Origin: Octopus bimaculoides
Taxonomy: Eukaryota
Assembly (NCBI RefSeq): GCF_001194135.2
Contig: NC_068983.1
Location: forward strand, 22,195,709 to 22,259,708
Direction: 5' to 3'
Length of the DNA stretch: 64,000 bases
Shown here: in pieces, positions 14,721-28,491 of the stretch
How positions within the stretch are numbered: position 1 is the first letter of the stretch
How the letters are laid out: each line of letters begins with the position of its first letter
The notes under the pieces: generated by a model
What the model saw: only the letters and a program-made list of their open reading frames with translations
Databases searched by the model: none
What the model was told of the DNA's origin: nothing
Position numbers and translations under genes: made by a program

Positions 14721-15184
14721 CTTTGTCCATGTCATGTCTGTGTGTCTGTAGTACTACACAGAGTATAGCACTTACAAGGGATGCTATTAATAATTGAGTA
14801 GATGATTTCTTCAGCATCTTCCCAAAGCACTGCCAGATAAACAGACATAATCAAGGCTAATCTTTGAGCAGGAGAAGGAAGAGAGATTACACAGAGACAG
14901 ATGGAGAACGTACTAATTCCAAGTATGTATCTAAGTTACAGACCCCGTGACCTTATGCGGAAATCACTGTACGGAAATTACCATTTTATTTTTTTTTGTT
15001 GCTATGCTTTTGCTTTCTTTTGAGGTGTTTCATTATTATTTTTTTTAATTCCTTTGTCCGTTTCATACCTATTCTCTCATTGTTCTTTTAACCCCTTTCA
15101 CTTCTACGTATATTCAAGGAAATAAAAATTGCAGATCAATTTAGATGTAATGAGTATTATTAGGGCATCAGACAAATGGCTGCT

Positions 15185-15185
15185 G

Positions 15186-15229
<44 letters not shown>

Positions 15230-15394
15230 TCCTTAATGTGTGCATGGGTTGCGTGGAGTTTATTTGAAGAAAAGTTTCTATGGCCAGATGCCCTTCTTGT
15301 CACCAATTATCACCCATTTCCAAGCAAGGTAATATTTCCCTGTGACCAGAGAAATGTGAGAAATGCTCTTACAAGATATTGGAAATGACACTAA
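15185..15394 (-). mobile_element. Second RTE-related 3'-end subfamily; copies also at 17480-17715, 53225-53330, 55315-55500, 55755-55975
   Basis: Shared sequence ttttcta.ggccagatgcccttcttgtcaccaa...aaggtaatatttccc, with (ATC)n on the left. Confidence 0.6.
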
Positions 15395-15658
15395 NNNNNN
15401 NNNNNNNNNNNNNNNNNNNNNNNNNNNNNNNNNNNNNNNNNNNNNNNNNNNNNNNNNNNNNNNNNNNNNNNNNNNNNNNNNNNNNNNNNNNNNNNNNNNN
15501 NNNNNNNNNNNNNNNNNNNNNNNNNNNNNNNNNNNNNNNNNNNNNNNNNNNNNNNNNNNNNNNNNNNNNNNNNNNNNNNNNNNNNNNNNNNNNNNNNNNN
15601 NNNNNNNNNNNNNNNNNNNNNNNNNNNNNNNNNNNNNNNNNNNNNNNNNNNNNNNNNN

Positions 15659-16436
15659 AATTCATATTTTTTCCATCCAATTGATTTTGAAGACTGTGGA
15701 ATAAATGATAATCAGATGGGGCAATGCCCAGCAAACATGGTGTGTGGAGGGGCAATGCCCAGCAAACATGGTGTGTGGAGGGGCAATGCCCAGCAAACAT
15801 GGTGTGTGGAGCATCATTTCCCATTCAAACTGCTCCAGCCATTGGAATGTCATCCTCGCTGTATGTGGCCGAGCATTATCCTGATGGAAGAACACCTTTC
15901 GTCTTGAAACCAAAGACGGTCATTTTTCTTCTAGCACTGACTTGACTTACGGGTTGGATGACCAAATCCAAGCTTCTCTGCTACTTCCTCAACAGTTACG
16001 ATGGAATTTTGTTCCACCAGGATTTGCAGGACATCCTCATCGAGCTCTACAAATCTTCCAAGATGAGGCTCGTCTCCTAGGCTGTATGTAGTTTCCGGCT
16101 CAGAATTTCTGGAACCAATGTTGACACTGGCTGACCCGTATTGTCCAATTCCCATATACTGCATTAATATTCCTTGAACTTTCCATAGCATTGTTACCTT
16201 TAATGAACTCATAAAGCAAAACATGTTGAATATGCTCCTTTGCCACTTCTATTATAACTTTGAAAAAATAGCTGTTAAAATCAAACTGCACTCTTCAAAA
16301 CTTGCACTAAGAATATGAACAAGGTAAAATTACTACCTGTTTTTATAGCAAGTTGATGTCAGTAGTTTATCTCGTCCCCCTCCAACTTTTAGTTCATGCA
16401 ATTGACAAATACCATATTATTCATGGGATGACCCAA
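15659..16436 (-). mobile_element. Internally deleted mariner transposon with a transposase pseudogene
   Basis: HTH segment EHIQHVLLYEF...QCQHWFQKF and SLGDEPHLGRFVELDEDVLQILVEQN. Catalytic segment FHQDNARPHTA...WEMMLHTP...APSDYHLFHSLQN. The terminus TTGGGTCATCCC abuts TA at 16437-16438. The other end lies in the N gap. Confidence 0.9.
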
Positions 16437-16442
16437 TATATA

Positions 16443-16550
<108 letters not shown>

Positions 16551-16641
16551 GGGCTGTTTGTTATCTCTGATCAACGAGCAACATTGGTCTTGCACCTACA
16601 AAGCACTTAACTGTACAGGCAACTTTGATTCAACTATATAT

Positions 16642-17075
16642 ATGAGAAGACCCGGCAAGCCAAGTAAGATCGTTGCCAGTGCCCCTGGACTGGCTCTTGT
16701 GCGGGTGGCACATAAGATGCACCATTTTGAGCGTGGCCATTGCCAGTACCGCCTGACTGGCCTTCGTAGGATTTTCGAGCGAGATCGTTGCCAGTGCCCC
16801 TGGACTGGCTTTTGTGGGTGGCACATAAAAGACACCATTTCGAGCGTGGCCGTTGCCAGTATCGCCTGACTGGCCTTCGTGCAGGTNNNNNNNNNNNNNN
16901 NNNNNNNNNNNNNNNNNNNNNNNNNNNNNNNNNNNNNNNNNNNNNNNNNNNNNNNNNNNNNNNNNNNNNNNNNNNNNNNNNNNNNNNNNNNNNNNNNNNN
17001 NNNNNNNNNNNNNNNNNNNNNNNNNNNNNNNNNNNNCATGGAAAGCGGACGTTAAACGATGATGATGATGATGAT
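16642..17075 (+). mobile_element. 5'-truncated RTE LINE 3' end, gapped
   Basis: Same start (tgagaagacccggcaagccaagtaag), same internal repeats and same (GAT)n tail as the 50933 copy. Confidence 0.8.
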
Positions 17076-17233
17076 ATAGGTCAGATTTACAGAAAATAAA
17101 AGATGACAACAGGTGTAGGAACAACAAGCAGGTGTATTAGTTTAATTATATATATATATAGTTTTAATTTAATTTTAATTTTTAATAAATTGATTTTAAT
17201 TGAGTTTTTACCTGTAATTTTGGATTTTTATCC

Positions 17234-17279
<46 letters not shown>

Positions 17280-17751
17280 TACATATATATTTACACACAT
17301 ACTCATGACAGACTTCTTTCAGTTTTCATCAACCAAATCCAATCACAAGGCTGTAAACAACTTTGCCCGCACTTGTCCCATGGAAGGCAATGTCTAGGTG
17401 CAAATATAAGGTCATTCATGACCAAAGGTCTTTACTCTTTCACTGACACTCATATGTGCATGCTCACAAACAGCATTGGCAGTGGCGTCATTTTAATATC
17501 CACTTTCCATGCTTGAATGATCTGCACAGATATTTATTGAGGCAGATTTTCTATGGCCAGATAACCTTCCTGTTGCCAATCCCTGCTTCTTTCCAAACAA
17601 GGTAATATTTTCCCTACGGAGAAACATGTTTTTGCACAATATTGGGAATGATGGCATTGCTTGTAAGGACAGTGATACTCAAGTACACCTATCACATGAC
17701 ATCAAAACAAGGTGACACAAACACACATGCATATACATTTATGATGTGTAT

Positions 17752-18083
17752 GTAAAAGGGTAAGGACTCCCTTCAGTTAGGAATGACCATAGGATTGCAC
17801 CAAGAAGGTCTCCCTGCAACACACAAGTCCATGCAAGGTTGTTTATGGAAGACCAACAGTCACCCATGCATATCAGTCTCCTCTCTCTCCATGCCAGTGA
17901 GGTTATCCAAGGGAAATGACAAAGGCCAGTAGAGCTTGGCACCAGTGATGTCACAACTCGTTTCTACAGCTGAGTGAACTGGAGAATGTTCAAGAACACA
18001 ACATAAAGCCCAGACTAGGAATCAAACTCACTACCTCATGATTGTGAGCCCAATGTGCTAACCACTGAGCCATGCAACTTCAC
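17752..18083 (-). mobile_element. tRNA-derived SINE family E
   Basis: B-type head, central ccagttcactcagctgtagaaa, and a distinct 3' module also seen at ~17350-17420 (+). Confidence 0.7.
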
Positions 18084-19573
18084 CACATTGTATATACACA
18101 CACAGAGGTTTGGTCAATCTGAGGTTTCTTTTAGTTTCCCTCTGCCAAATTGTCTGACAAGGCTTTGCTCAACCTGGGGGCTATAGTGAAAAACATTAGC
18201 CTGAGGTACTGCACAGAGGGACTGAACCCAAAACCATGTGGTTGTAAAACAAACTTCTTAACCACTCAGCTGATCCAAGCCTGTTTTATATATGCCAAAG
18301 TGTCTATCACTCTCGGACAAGTTTTTCATCCCTGTCTTTGGTCAATAAGTGTCATTTCTTATTTACTTATAGCTAGAAATCAAAGGAAATAACACTACTC
18401 TTCTCTTCTCTTCAAACTTTGCTTTTGTGACCTGGGCATCAATGTTTTGAAATTGACCTATTTCCCATTACATTTCAGACGCATTCAGTACTCAGTTGCT
18501 GAAGCAGAAATATCGTTACAGCAAATATTCTGCTCAATATCACAGATTTGTTTTTCAGTTGCTTGGGCATAACCACCTGAGCATGTCCTATAGTGGCTGA
18601 CGATGTGTGTATCTCTGATCCTGAGCAGCAGGGAGGGTATCACAGCCATGTGTTGAGAGGGATTCTTCAAACTTATACGACCTCCTTAGTAAAAAACTAA
18701 GTCTTGAAAATGCACATTTGAAGTTGTTTTTTCTATTCGTATATATATGCATATATATATTACAAGCTCCATATATAGCAACATACTGAGATAGGTTATA
18801 CACCATTCCACTCTTTGTAATCTGTGTCTCTAAAGCCAGCTTGTGCTACTCAATATTTTCATTACATAACTTCTAAAACTACTTAGGTGGAAAAATCAGC
18901 ACACATCCAAAATTCCTAGCTGAAAAAGATAGCTGGTGTTATTAAGGGTCAAATAATAAATAATCTAGGGTTTACAGCAATTCTAAATGTTTTAGATCAT
19001 AATGTGAAAGTTCTGTTTCTCCCCCCACCCTCTACTTTGGCGATTAAACTACCAAAAAAGTTACAAACAGCCATTTTCATACCAGCAGTGTCTTTCATTA
19101 ATAACCACGTAACCCCTCCTCTCACTCTCTCTCTCTATCTCTTTCTCTATCCTAACTTCACTGCTTCTACTCTTTTGATCATCTTTTTCTACCTTTCACA
19201 CACTATTTCCACTACCTTTTATCACATTCCTCTCCCCACTCCCCTATCATTCCCTTTGCATGCATGTCTGTCTGTCTGTCTATGTGAGTGCATGCGTGTA
19301 ATTATTTATTCTGTAAATACAGAAAGAATGCATTTTCATGCAAAGCTTACTAAAAGTGCTCAATAGATTTCAATATCTTAAATTACACAAAATTCCTAAA
19401 GCCATATGTATATGTGTGTGCGTATACATATATATATATAGTTTTAGGGAAAATAACCAAGTTTCAAGAACTCATTGATGAAAATCCACTATCACATAAA
19501 GCTCAATTTAATTTTAATTTTTTATAAATTGGTTTTAATCTGTAATTTTGGATTTTGTCCCTAATATTATTAC

Positions 19574-19609
<36 letters not shown>

Positions 19610-20067
19610 AACTTTTCTCTATGTCATTTAATCGCTAACACTTGCCTACCTGTATGTCAGAGCCACCTCTTCTTCCAATATCACACAAACACGCACACAC
19701 ACACATATACACACATGAAAAACCTAATTTCTGTCTCTCTCTCCCTTTCTCTGTGTATGCATGTGGGTGTACATGTGTCTGTATGTGCACATGTGTGGGA
19801 AGAGAGCGGGAGGGAGAGAGACATAATCAAGTCACTTTTCTACATATGTCTATGTACATATATATATTTATGTACACACACACACACACACACACATCTT
19901 TAATTCCATCTCTCTCTCGCTCTCTATTTCCCATGCCATGTCCGTGTTCCTGACACCATCCTCTCTTCCTCACGCCACACCACAATCATTCCAGTGGTAG
20001 GCAGTGGTGCAGCCAGAGGAATCAATAGATGCACAAGTGTTGCCAGTGAATTAGAAGAGACAGTGAG

Positions 20068-20104
<37 letters not shown>

Positions 20105-20716
20105 GAGAGATTAAATAGAGAGAGAGATTAAATAGAGAGAGAGATTAAATAGAGAGAGAGAGAAGCAGAGAAGGGGGAGGGCAGAATGTTATTGTGTACA
20201 GTGTGAAAAATGAAGAAGACAAAAATACATATATGTTGAGAGATGATAGTCACAGAGTAGAAGTATTGAGCAAGAATACGGTAACTAGGTGGCATTGCCA
20301 ACAGCAACAAGCTGGCAACAATACAATGGTAATGATGATGGCGATGAAAATGATGATGAAGGTGGTGATGATACAGGAATGCTCCAAGAACAATGAACTA
20401 AAAGTGGTGAAATTATTTCAAATGCAAACTGAAGAAGCATCCAAATGTGTACACACACACTCACACAAAGGCATACAAATATACAGATACATGAATGCAG
20501 ATACCATTTATATATGCACACATGAAATATAAGACATTTTTGTGTTTTTTTTTTTGGGGGGGGGGTGCACAACTGCAATATGTANNNNNNNNNNAAAAAA
20601 AAAAAAAAAAAAAAGAAAAAAACTATATGAACTTCACTATATCACAGTGCACTCACCAACACACACCTACTATCAATGCAAATACACAAAGAATTTGTAA
20701 AGCAAAATATATTTTA

Positions 20717-20936
20717 ACTCGTTTGTATTTAAAACTGGCCATATCCAGCCCAAATAGTCCTGCTTTATGTTCAAACTGGCCAGATCCAGACTCTCACACC
20801 TCCTTTACAACATCATTCTAAAAATAAACAATCACATCATTGAAATATTGATATTACTAGAGAATGCCTGATTAATTCAAAACAATGTGAATGAGCAGGC
20901 ATTACATTTTCATAGAGTAATCTGAATGCTAAAGTG
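20717..20936 (+). mobile_element. TTAA MITE
   Basis: TTAA on both sides (20713-20716 and 20937-20940); family body. Confidence 0.75.
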
Positions 20937-21254
20937 TTAAATCAATTTAGTATATGTGCAAAATATAAACAAATAAGTTTAATAGAAGTACAACTACAAG
21001 AAAGCCAAACAATACACTCTAGGTTGGTTAGGTGTTGCTGTATTGCTATTTGACTTCACATTACTTTAATCTACACTACAGTCTCTACATTCTTTTCATA
21101 TCATTGTCCTCATCACAGAACTTCTCAATGCTCAGCACAGTATAAAGACCATGCTTATAACCACTCAAATGTTGTAATCTTAGTAAAGGCAGAAATTTTA
21201 GCAAATTGGATAAAGTACCCTTGCAGTATGTTTAATTATGGTCTGAGTTCAAAT

Positions 21255-21429
21255 TCTCTTTTACTCTTTTACTTGTTTCAGTCATTTGACAGTGGCCATG
21301 CTGGAGGACTTATTCTTTGGAAGCCTAGTACTTATTCTATCAGTCTCTTTTGCCAAACTGCTAAGTTACGGGAACATAAACACACCACCATTGGTTGTCA
21401 ACTGATGCTGGGGGGACAAACACAGACAC

Positions 21430-21472
<43 letters not shown>

Positions 21473-21647
21473 TATACATATATACGACAGGCTTCTTTCA
21501 GTATCCGTCTACCAAATCCACTCATAAGACTTTGGTCGGCCCAAAGCTATAGTAGGAGACACTTACCCAAGGTGCCACGCAGTGGGACTGAACCCGGAAC
21601 CATGTGGTTGGTAAGCAAGCTACTTACCACACAGCCACTCCTGTGCC
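21255..21647 (-). mobile_element. SINE family A, near full-length
   Basis: Runs from the (cttttact)n tail to accacacagccactcctgtgcc, with an internal (AT)n. Confidence 0.85.
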
Positions 21648-23729
21648 TATGCTGAGGTTTTTTTTTTTTTTTAACTTTCATACTTAGGGTGGGGATTAAA
21701 TCTTTAAAAAAAAAAATCCCTATTCAAGTACTGGTGTCAATATAATCAGCTGTTCTCCCTTGAAGATATCAAGAAGGCAGATCACTGACTTGCAAATATC
21801 TTTGTATGCTTAAAGGTCAAACGATTGACTATACTGAAAAATAATAGCATGGCTGTACACACACACAATTATTAAGAAATATTCTTTGCAACCACATAGT
21901 TTCAGACACAGCTTTACTGTGTGATGCCTTGGTAAAGCCTAAAGCCAACCAATGCCTTGAGTTAATTTGTTAATTTGGTAGGTGGAAACTATACACAGCC
22001 TGCCATGTGTATGCACACGTACAGGTGCATCTGTGTGCATGTGCCTGTGTTAATGCTTATATTCTTCATGTTGCATGGAGGGGAAAAAAAAACTAAGAAC
22101 GGCAAGTGATTGTTGGCATTTCTTTGTCATTAACTCATCAAGTAACTCTCAGAGGAAAAGAAAATGAGAAATAAAAACTCTCTCTCACTTGAAAAACAAA
22201 CAAAGGGTTATCGACAGTTCATGGTAACCAACTGGCTCTTAAAAACAATGCCTAAATAATCCTATATTTATCTAACACATGGAAAACAGGTGTAAAATTA
22301 ATGAACAACAAACAAGAGTAGTGGTGGTGGTAGTGATGATAGAAGAAGAAGAAGAAGAAGAANNNNNNNNNNNNNNNNNNNNNNNNNNNNNNNNNNNNNN
22401 NNNNNNNNNNNNNNNNNNNNNGAGGAGGAGGAGGAGGGGGAAGAAGAAGAGGGGGGAGGAGGCGGCTATGAGAACTGTTACCCAAAGCAAACAGTAACAG
22501 GGTAAATAAAGTCATGGGGGTAAACGGTGTGAGAATTTATAAATATAAAATTTCCTGACTGTTATTATTTTAAGGCAATGGATTGCAAAGTTCGTAGAGC
22601 ATCATATGACAGACTTTCATGCATAAAACAGATTAAATGTGCCGAATAATTGCTCGTTCAAAACAACAGCAATATGGAATTAAAGAGCCAACATGAGTTA
22701 CTATAGAGCGAAGAAACGATGGCATCTGAACTCTCTGCAAACCACATACGCTACCATCTTCTAGAATAAAAGGGATACAATTTGGATAATATCTCTGGAT
22801 ATATTGTCTTCAAATATGATAGAATGGCTTTGATTGAAACACTTTGATTACAACAATGAGAGTCTATGCAATGAGGTTGGCCTGATGAACACAGCAACAG
22901 TAACAAAAAGATTCAGTATATGACTACCTACTTCAGTTTTGAACCAATGATTGGTGATACAAAGCATCAAGCATCTTATCTTCCAATTTCTTACAATCTC
23001 AAGCTAAGACTTTCTGACAACCCCACTACAATATGTTATCTTGTTACATAAAAAAAGCCCCTTTTTTATGTAGTTTCCCCACCAGTTTGTATATCTAGAA
23101 AGATCCAATGTAAGCATTATCCATTAAAAACAAACAAAAAAAAAGGCTGTATGTGATCGGATGGACATTGGCTGCTATTTCTAGCAGATTGTGTGATTAT
23201 AAAAGACAATTTTTCATTGTCTCTTTAATTCTATTTTTAATCTCACCTCATTGCCCATCCCTTGACACTAACCATTTAACAATACTGGAAAAATAACAGC
23301 ATTTGATCTGATGCAAACACATCTCTCTCTCTCTCTCTCTCTCTCCCTCTCTTTCAAACAGCTTCTTTGAAGGTACATTGGTCACTGTAATAACTAAAGT
23401 TAACACAAGTGTCATTTAAAGATTTAAGACATCTATGATGACAGAAAGAAAACTCTTCTTTAAACATAAGAATGGTAATATATTCAGGTAATGTTAGTTG
23501 GCCAGTGTGTTTGTGTATAAATTTGCATATGAAACTGTGTATATTTAATGGAAGAGGACACAGAAAAATGCTCAGAGAGAGAGAGAGAAAGAGAAGTAAT
23601 GAAAGTAGAGACAAAGAAATGGAATGATACAGACAATGAAACCTACACATGGATATGGACTGAGAGGCAAACAAACACAGACAAATACAGTTGAGTAAAC
23701 ATGGATTGACACACACAGGCAAACATAGG

Positions 23730-24040
23730 CTACCACATGGGCAAGTATGCACCCACTCACAGGTGTACATTGAGACATGTCTTAGTGTGTACCAACATAT
23801 GAGCAAGTATGCACCAATCCATGGACAAGTATGCCCCGACACATAAGGGTGTGCTAACACGAGCAAGTGTGCACTGAAAGATGAGCAAGTATGGCCCAAT
23901 GCATGGGTAAATGTGCATCAATGCATGAGCAAGTATGCACCAATATATGGGCAGGTGTACATCAATGCATATGCAAGTCTACAGTGTAGTGCAAGTGTGC
24001 ACCAATGCATATGCAAGTGTACAGTGTAGCACAAGCAGGA
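23730..24040. repeat. Degenerate 22/18-bp minisatellite (catgagcaagtatgcaccaat-like)
   Basis: caagt anchors are spaced mostly 22 bp apart, occasionally 18 or 20. Confidence 0.8.
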
Positions 24041-24131
24041 GTGCAATGTCCTGCAAGTGTTCTTCCTTTCCTTCTTTCTGACTTCTACACCCCCAGCTGT
24101 ACTTTCTCCCCTCTCCCACACATCTACAAGG

Positions 24132-24190
<59 letters not shown>

Positions 24191-24663
24191 CATCATAGGC
24201 GCAGGAGTAGCTGTGTGGTAGGTAGCTTGCTTACCNNNNNNNNNNNNNNNNNNNNNNNNNNNNNNNNNNNNNNNNNNNNNNNNNNNNNNNNNNNNNNNNN
24301 NNNNNNNNNNNNNNNNNNNNNNNNNNNNNNNNNNNNNNNNNNNNNNNNNNNNNNNNNNNNNNNNNNNNNNNNNNNNNNNNNNNNNNNNNNNNNNNNNNNN
24401 NNNNNNNNNNNNNNNNNNNNNNNNNNNNNNNNNNNNNNNNNNNNNNNNNNNNNNNNNNNNNNNNNNNNNNNNNNNNNNNNNNNNNNNNNNNNNNNNNNNN
24501 NNNNNNNNNNNNNNNNNNNNNNNNNNNNNNNNNNNNNNNNNNNNNNNNNNNNNNNNNNNNNNNNNNNNNNNNNNNNNNNNNNNNNNNNNNNNNNNNNNNN
24601 NNNNNNNNNNNNNNNNNNNNNNNNNNNNNNNNNNNNNNNNNNNNNNNNNNNNNNNNNNNNNNN

Positions 24664-24740
<77 letters not shown>

Positions 24741-25502
24741 GTATATATGAGCATATTTATGTATGCACGTGCATGTATATATACACTCACACACACACAT
24801 ACACTTATACGAATTTCATTTTTTTACATATTTTAATAAACTGCACAGGCGCAAATGAATTCCTGACATAAATCCAGTGGCATATCCCACCATTACTGTT
24901 GATGACATCAGGAGGCCGAATACTGACAACAGGCTTTAAACAGCACACTACAAGGTGCATACCTCAAAATAACATTATAACACACACACACACATACACA
25001 CTGGAGGTGTACTTGCTAAGCAAATTGTAGTGACCTACTGCACTGATTAGACAAAGCACCAAGGAAAGTATAAGTAGAGCAGCCAGCATACACACAGTAN
25101 NNNNNNNNNNNNNNNNNNNNNNNNNNNNNNNNNNNNNNNNNNNNNNNNNNNNNNNNNNNNNNNNNNNNNNNNNNNNNNNNNNNNNNNNNNNNNNNNNNNN
25201 NNNNNNNNNNNNNNNNNNNNNNNNNNNNAGAGAGAGAGAGAGAGGGAGAGAGAAAGAGAGAGGGAGAGAGAAAGAGAGAGAGAAACAGAGATAGATAGAT
25301 ATAAATAAATATAGATATATAAATATATGTGTATATATATAAAATATGATATAATAGATTACATCATTAGCTTAGCTAATGACGTCTCTAGACTGGTTTC
25401 ACACCCTTAAGTAGTTGGTAAGTAGTCACAGTCAGTTGCTCCTTAGTGTGGAGCAGTGAATGGGGGGGGGGGGTGATTAAAACGGAATTAAGACGTTGGT
25501 TG

Positions 25503-25537
<35 letters not shown>

Positions 25538-25853
25538 ACAAAAGTGGTGGTGTAGATGGTGAGAAGTTGGTGGAAAAAGTTAGCTATAATCAGCAATAGC
25601 GTTGATGACGACGACGATGTCAATGTGTGCAAGTCAACCTTCACTAAACAAAGATCTATATATAATAAATGGCTATTCCAGCCGTGGCCATCCTTCCTTA
25701 AAGTACTGTAGATCTTAATTCTTCAATGTTTCCTTACCTACGACGGTGGGAGAACAGAATTTGAAGGAATTCTTGGCTGTTGTTTCTAGTGTGTCGAGCG
25801 ACTGACTACGTTGGAGCTCCCGTCGTCCCAGGCCACGCCAAGCAGATATAATA

Positions 25854-25985
25854 CAGGGTGTCCACAAAGTCTGGGTACATGGAGATTAACACATACTTTA
25901 AGAAATTATTATTTCTTACATTTAATTGTTTATGTTATGATTTTATTTACTCCACTCCGTGTACCCACACCTTGTGGACACCCTG
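25854..25985. mobile_element. 132-bp Tc1/mariner-type MITE
   Basis: 26-bp TIRs CAGGGTGTCCACAA(A/G)GT(C/G)TGGGTACA with 2 mismatches, and TA on both flanks. Confidence 0.85.
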
Positions 25986-26846
25986 TATGACCAAAGCCAT
26001 TCCAGCAATTGTCACCTAGCCTTTTTACCCGGAACCATATTAGCCAACGTCTTTTTTAAATTTTTTTTATTTTTTTGCTTGACCGGAATCCTATTATTTC
26101 CAGCAGGTCGGGTGACTATGTTGAGGAGAGAAGAGAGAGATGTGTGTGTGTGTGTGTGTAAGTAATGATATAATGGCCACAGTGAAGTTGCTGAACAATA
26201 ACAATAAATGGTGGTGGTGGTGATGGTGGTGGTGCTATCGGCTGCTGACAACGATGGTGATTGTTATTCATTAAGTAGATGATGATGGTGGTAGTAAGGC
26301 TGGTAGTGGTGGTGGTGGTGGTGGTGGTGGCGGCGACGGGGATAGATGTAGTGAAGGTGACGATGGATAAATAAGAGCAGCAGAAAACGTAAAGCAAATA
26401 ACGCTAGCAGCAATTGTTGGCGGCGGCGGTGATGACGCCGGCGGCAATGGTGAGCAGGAAGCTAGAGGCGCGAGGTGTAATAAGTGGTGAATTGATCCGA
26501 CTTAATGATATTTAAGACAGATTTAAACAGGTAAACTGTACTAATGAAACACACAGAGATACAGATACACACACATACACCTATGAGTGTGTATGTTTGT
26601 ATAAACACCTCGGATAAACTCTACCAGCTGACGCAAAAAAATAACAATATAACATCTGTAATGAGCGAATAAAAAAGACACACACACACACATACATACA
26701 TACATAACACCATTAACACGTTGGCTAAAGCATGACAAAAATAGATAGAGATCATTCGTTTGACTAACAGACATATAGATACATTTCGGCTAACAACAAC
26801 AACGAGGAAACAATACGGCTATTTTGAGTTATAGAAATCACAGCAA

Positions 26847-26960
26847 GTAAGAAATAGCCAAAGCAATGAAAACAAACCGCAAAAATAAACTGCTGTAGAG
26901 CTGTTAACGCAGTTGTCGATTATTTTTCCTTTTTACACTGTTTTTTTTTTTCTATTGTAG
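26847..26960 (+). other. Probable 114-nt 5'UTR intron of the 481-aa gene
   Basis: Donor caa|GTAAGA at 26847, branch-like gttaac, long T-rich tract, and acceptor ttgTAG| at 26960, 86 nt before the ATG. Confidence 0.55.
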
Positions 26961-27045
26961 TTTTTCTAACCTTAGAAGATACAATAACAGTAAATAGATA
27001 TACATCTGTAATACAGAAACTAATGCACATACATAACACAATACA

Positions 27046-28491
27046 ATGGATACGAACAGCAATTTAAATCAATATCTCACTATCAGAACCTACGTGAAAA
27101 AACAAACATTAAGGAATATTAGCAGCAAGAATGAGGGAATTAGCGGACAGTCGATCGAAGAAATGCCAGAACCAAACGAAAACGGCACCAGTGTTCAGAG
27201 TAGCAGCAAAGAAAATCTTTCTGTAATCTTGAACAACCGAGAGTTCAGCCATGGGGTAAAGAATGGATGTATCGATGTGTTAATGAATAACAACAAGAAT
27301 AAGCTATTAGAAGTCAGACAACAATTTGGACAACAGAAAAGGATCGAAGACTGCTCTAATCTCGAGAATAGTCTCCATGCCGATGATAATGGGACGAATG
27401 AAAGTGATGCGGGAAGTGACGAAGAACAAGATCTTACTTTCAGTGGAGAAAGCCAGCCAACATCAGAAGGAGAGGACAAAACTACGTATTACAGTTCAAC
27501 GAACAATGCCGAAACGAGTTCGATATCCGATGAGACAGACTTGACTCTTCAAGCAAACAGTGATATGGAAGAAGACTGTGTAAACTTTGCAGACGATAAT
27601 GAACACTGGTATGTGAATGAACCCACGTGGAAATATGTGTGGAAGTCATATTCCGATAACGACAAGACGAAAGGCGAATATGTCTGGACCAAAGTTAAAA
27701 ACGAAAATGGCAGCAAGGAGATTTATTGGGGAAATATACGAAATATGGAGGATGAATGGATACCGCAAACAGTTCCTATTAAAGAGAAAAGAAGCTGGGT
27801 GCCGAAACTAATAGCAGGGAAAGAACATGGCGAAACTATCTGGTACTACATGATGCCATATATACCCAAAACAGTTGAAGCTAGGAAACGAACATTGGAA
27901 CACATTCCACAACTAATCAAAGATAAAGGGACAAGCAGTTGGCTTTCTCAGTTGAAGTTTACGAAGAAGGGAAATAAAACCGTCTGGTACTGCAAGCTAA
28001 CACCGGCACCTGAAGAACCAGAAGATAAAAAGAGCATTTCCTCAACAACAACAACACCACGGATTAATAGTAATAATGGTCCAATGTTGGCTGCTGCTCC
28101 TGTAATACTTCCCCTACCAGAATTTTCAGCTGCCAAGGAAGAAAAAACCAAAGATAAAAATTCTAATTTACCGGAACTGAGGAAAATAGCAGGTAAGCCG
28201 AGTCAATGGTTTTCAAAGTTAATCAAAGACACCGACAACACTCAGGAACCGAAATGCAGCCAAGCAACCGATGTTTCGTCAATACACGAACCTGTTCCTC
28301 GCAATGTATCTGAAGAGGTAAGACACAACAACTGCGATGGTAAAAAACACAACAAGCTTCAGTTACTGGAAAATATAACACCTTTCTCGAAAGAAGCAGG
28401 CTTAAAAAAGAAAAAAATACAGACAGACAGTAAGAGTGTTTGGTACAAAGATATTCTCCAAGAATCAGACGATTTCCATGACAAAAAATAA
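27046..28491 (+). CDS. Uncharacterised 481-aa protein: acidic disordered N-half, Trp-rich repeat domain (aa 188-320), basic C-terminus
   Basis: 481 stop-free codons in AT-rich, non-microsatellite sequence, by far the longest gap-free ORF in the window. It has an ATG start, a TAA stop, and AATAAA about 430 nt downstream. No family recognised. Confidence 0.85.
   Translation: MDTNSNLNQYLTIRTYVKKQTLRNISSKNEGISGQSIEEMPEPNENGTSVQSSSKENLSVILNNREFSHGVKNGCIDVLMNNNKNKLLEVRQQFGQQKRIEDCSNLENSLHADDNGTNESDAGSDEEQDLTFSGESQPTSEGEDKTTYYSSTNNAETSSISDETDLTLQANSDMEEDCVNFADDNEHWYVNEPTWKYVWKSYSDNDKTKGEYVWTKVKNENGSKEIYWGNIRNMEDEWIPQTVPIKEKRSWVPKLIAGKEHGETIWYYMMPYIPKTVEARKRTLEHIPQLIKDKGTSSWLSQLKFTKKGNKTVWYCKLTPAPEEPEDKKSISSTTTTPRINSNNGPMLAAAPVILPLPEFSAAKEEKTKDKNSNLPELRKIAGKPSQWFSKLIKDTDNTQEPKCSQATDVSSIHEPVPRNVSEEVRHNNCDGKKHNKLQLLENITPFSKEAGLKKKKIQTDSKSVWYKDILQESDDFHDKK

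Noticed and set aside
16660-16886. HDV-like ribozyme in the RTE-associated repeats
   Set aside because: Only simple hairpins were found, with no nested double pseudoknot, and the segment is the 3'UTR rather than the 5' end.
18360-18700. Protein-like minus frame broken by one stop (..KWEIGQFQNIDAQVTKAKFEEKRRVV..)
   Set aside because: Possibly a decayed transposase, but I cannot assign it without a search.
19436-19575. TTGATGA-AAATCC...GGATTTT hairpin repeat (related piece at 17150-17240)
   Set aside because: No GAAA or stem III in the hammerhead position; left as an unclassified repeat.
27600-28000. Resemblance of the W-rich repeat to DM9, choline-binding (WYY) or reflectin repeats
   Set aside because: Only isolated residues match, and the spacing and Gly or Met/Asp patterns of those families are absent.
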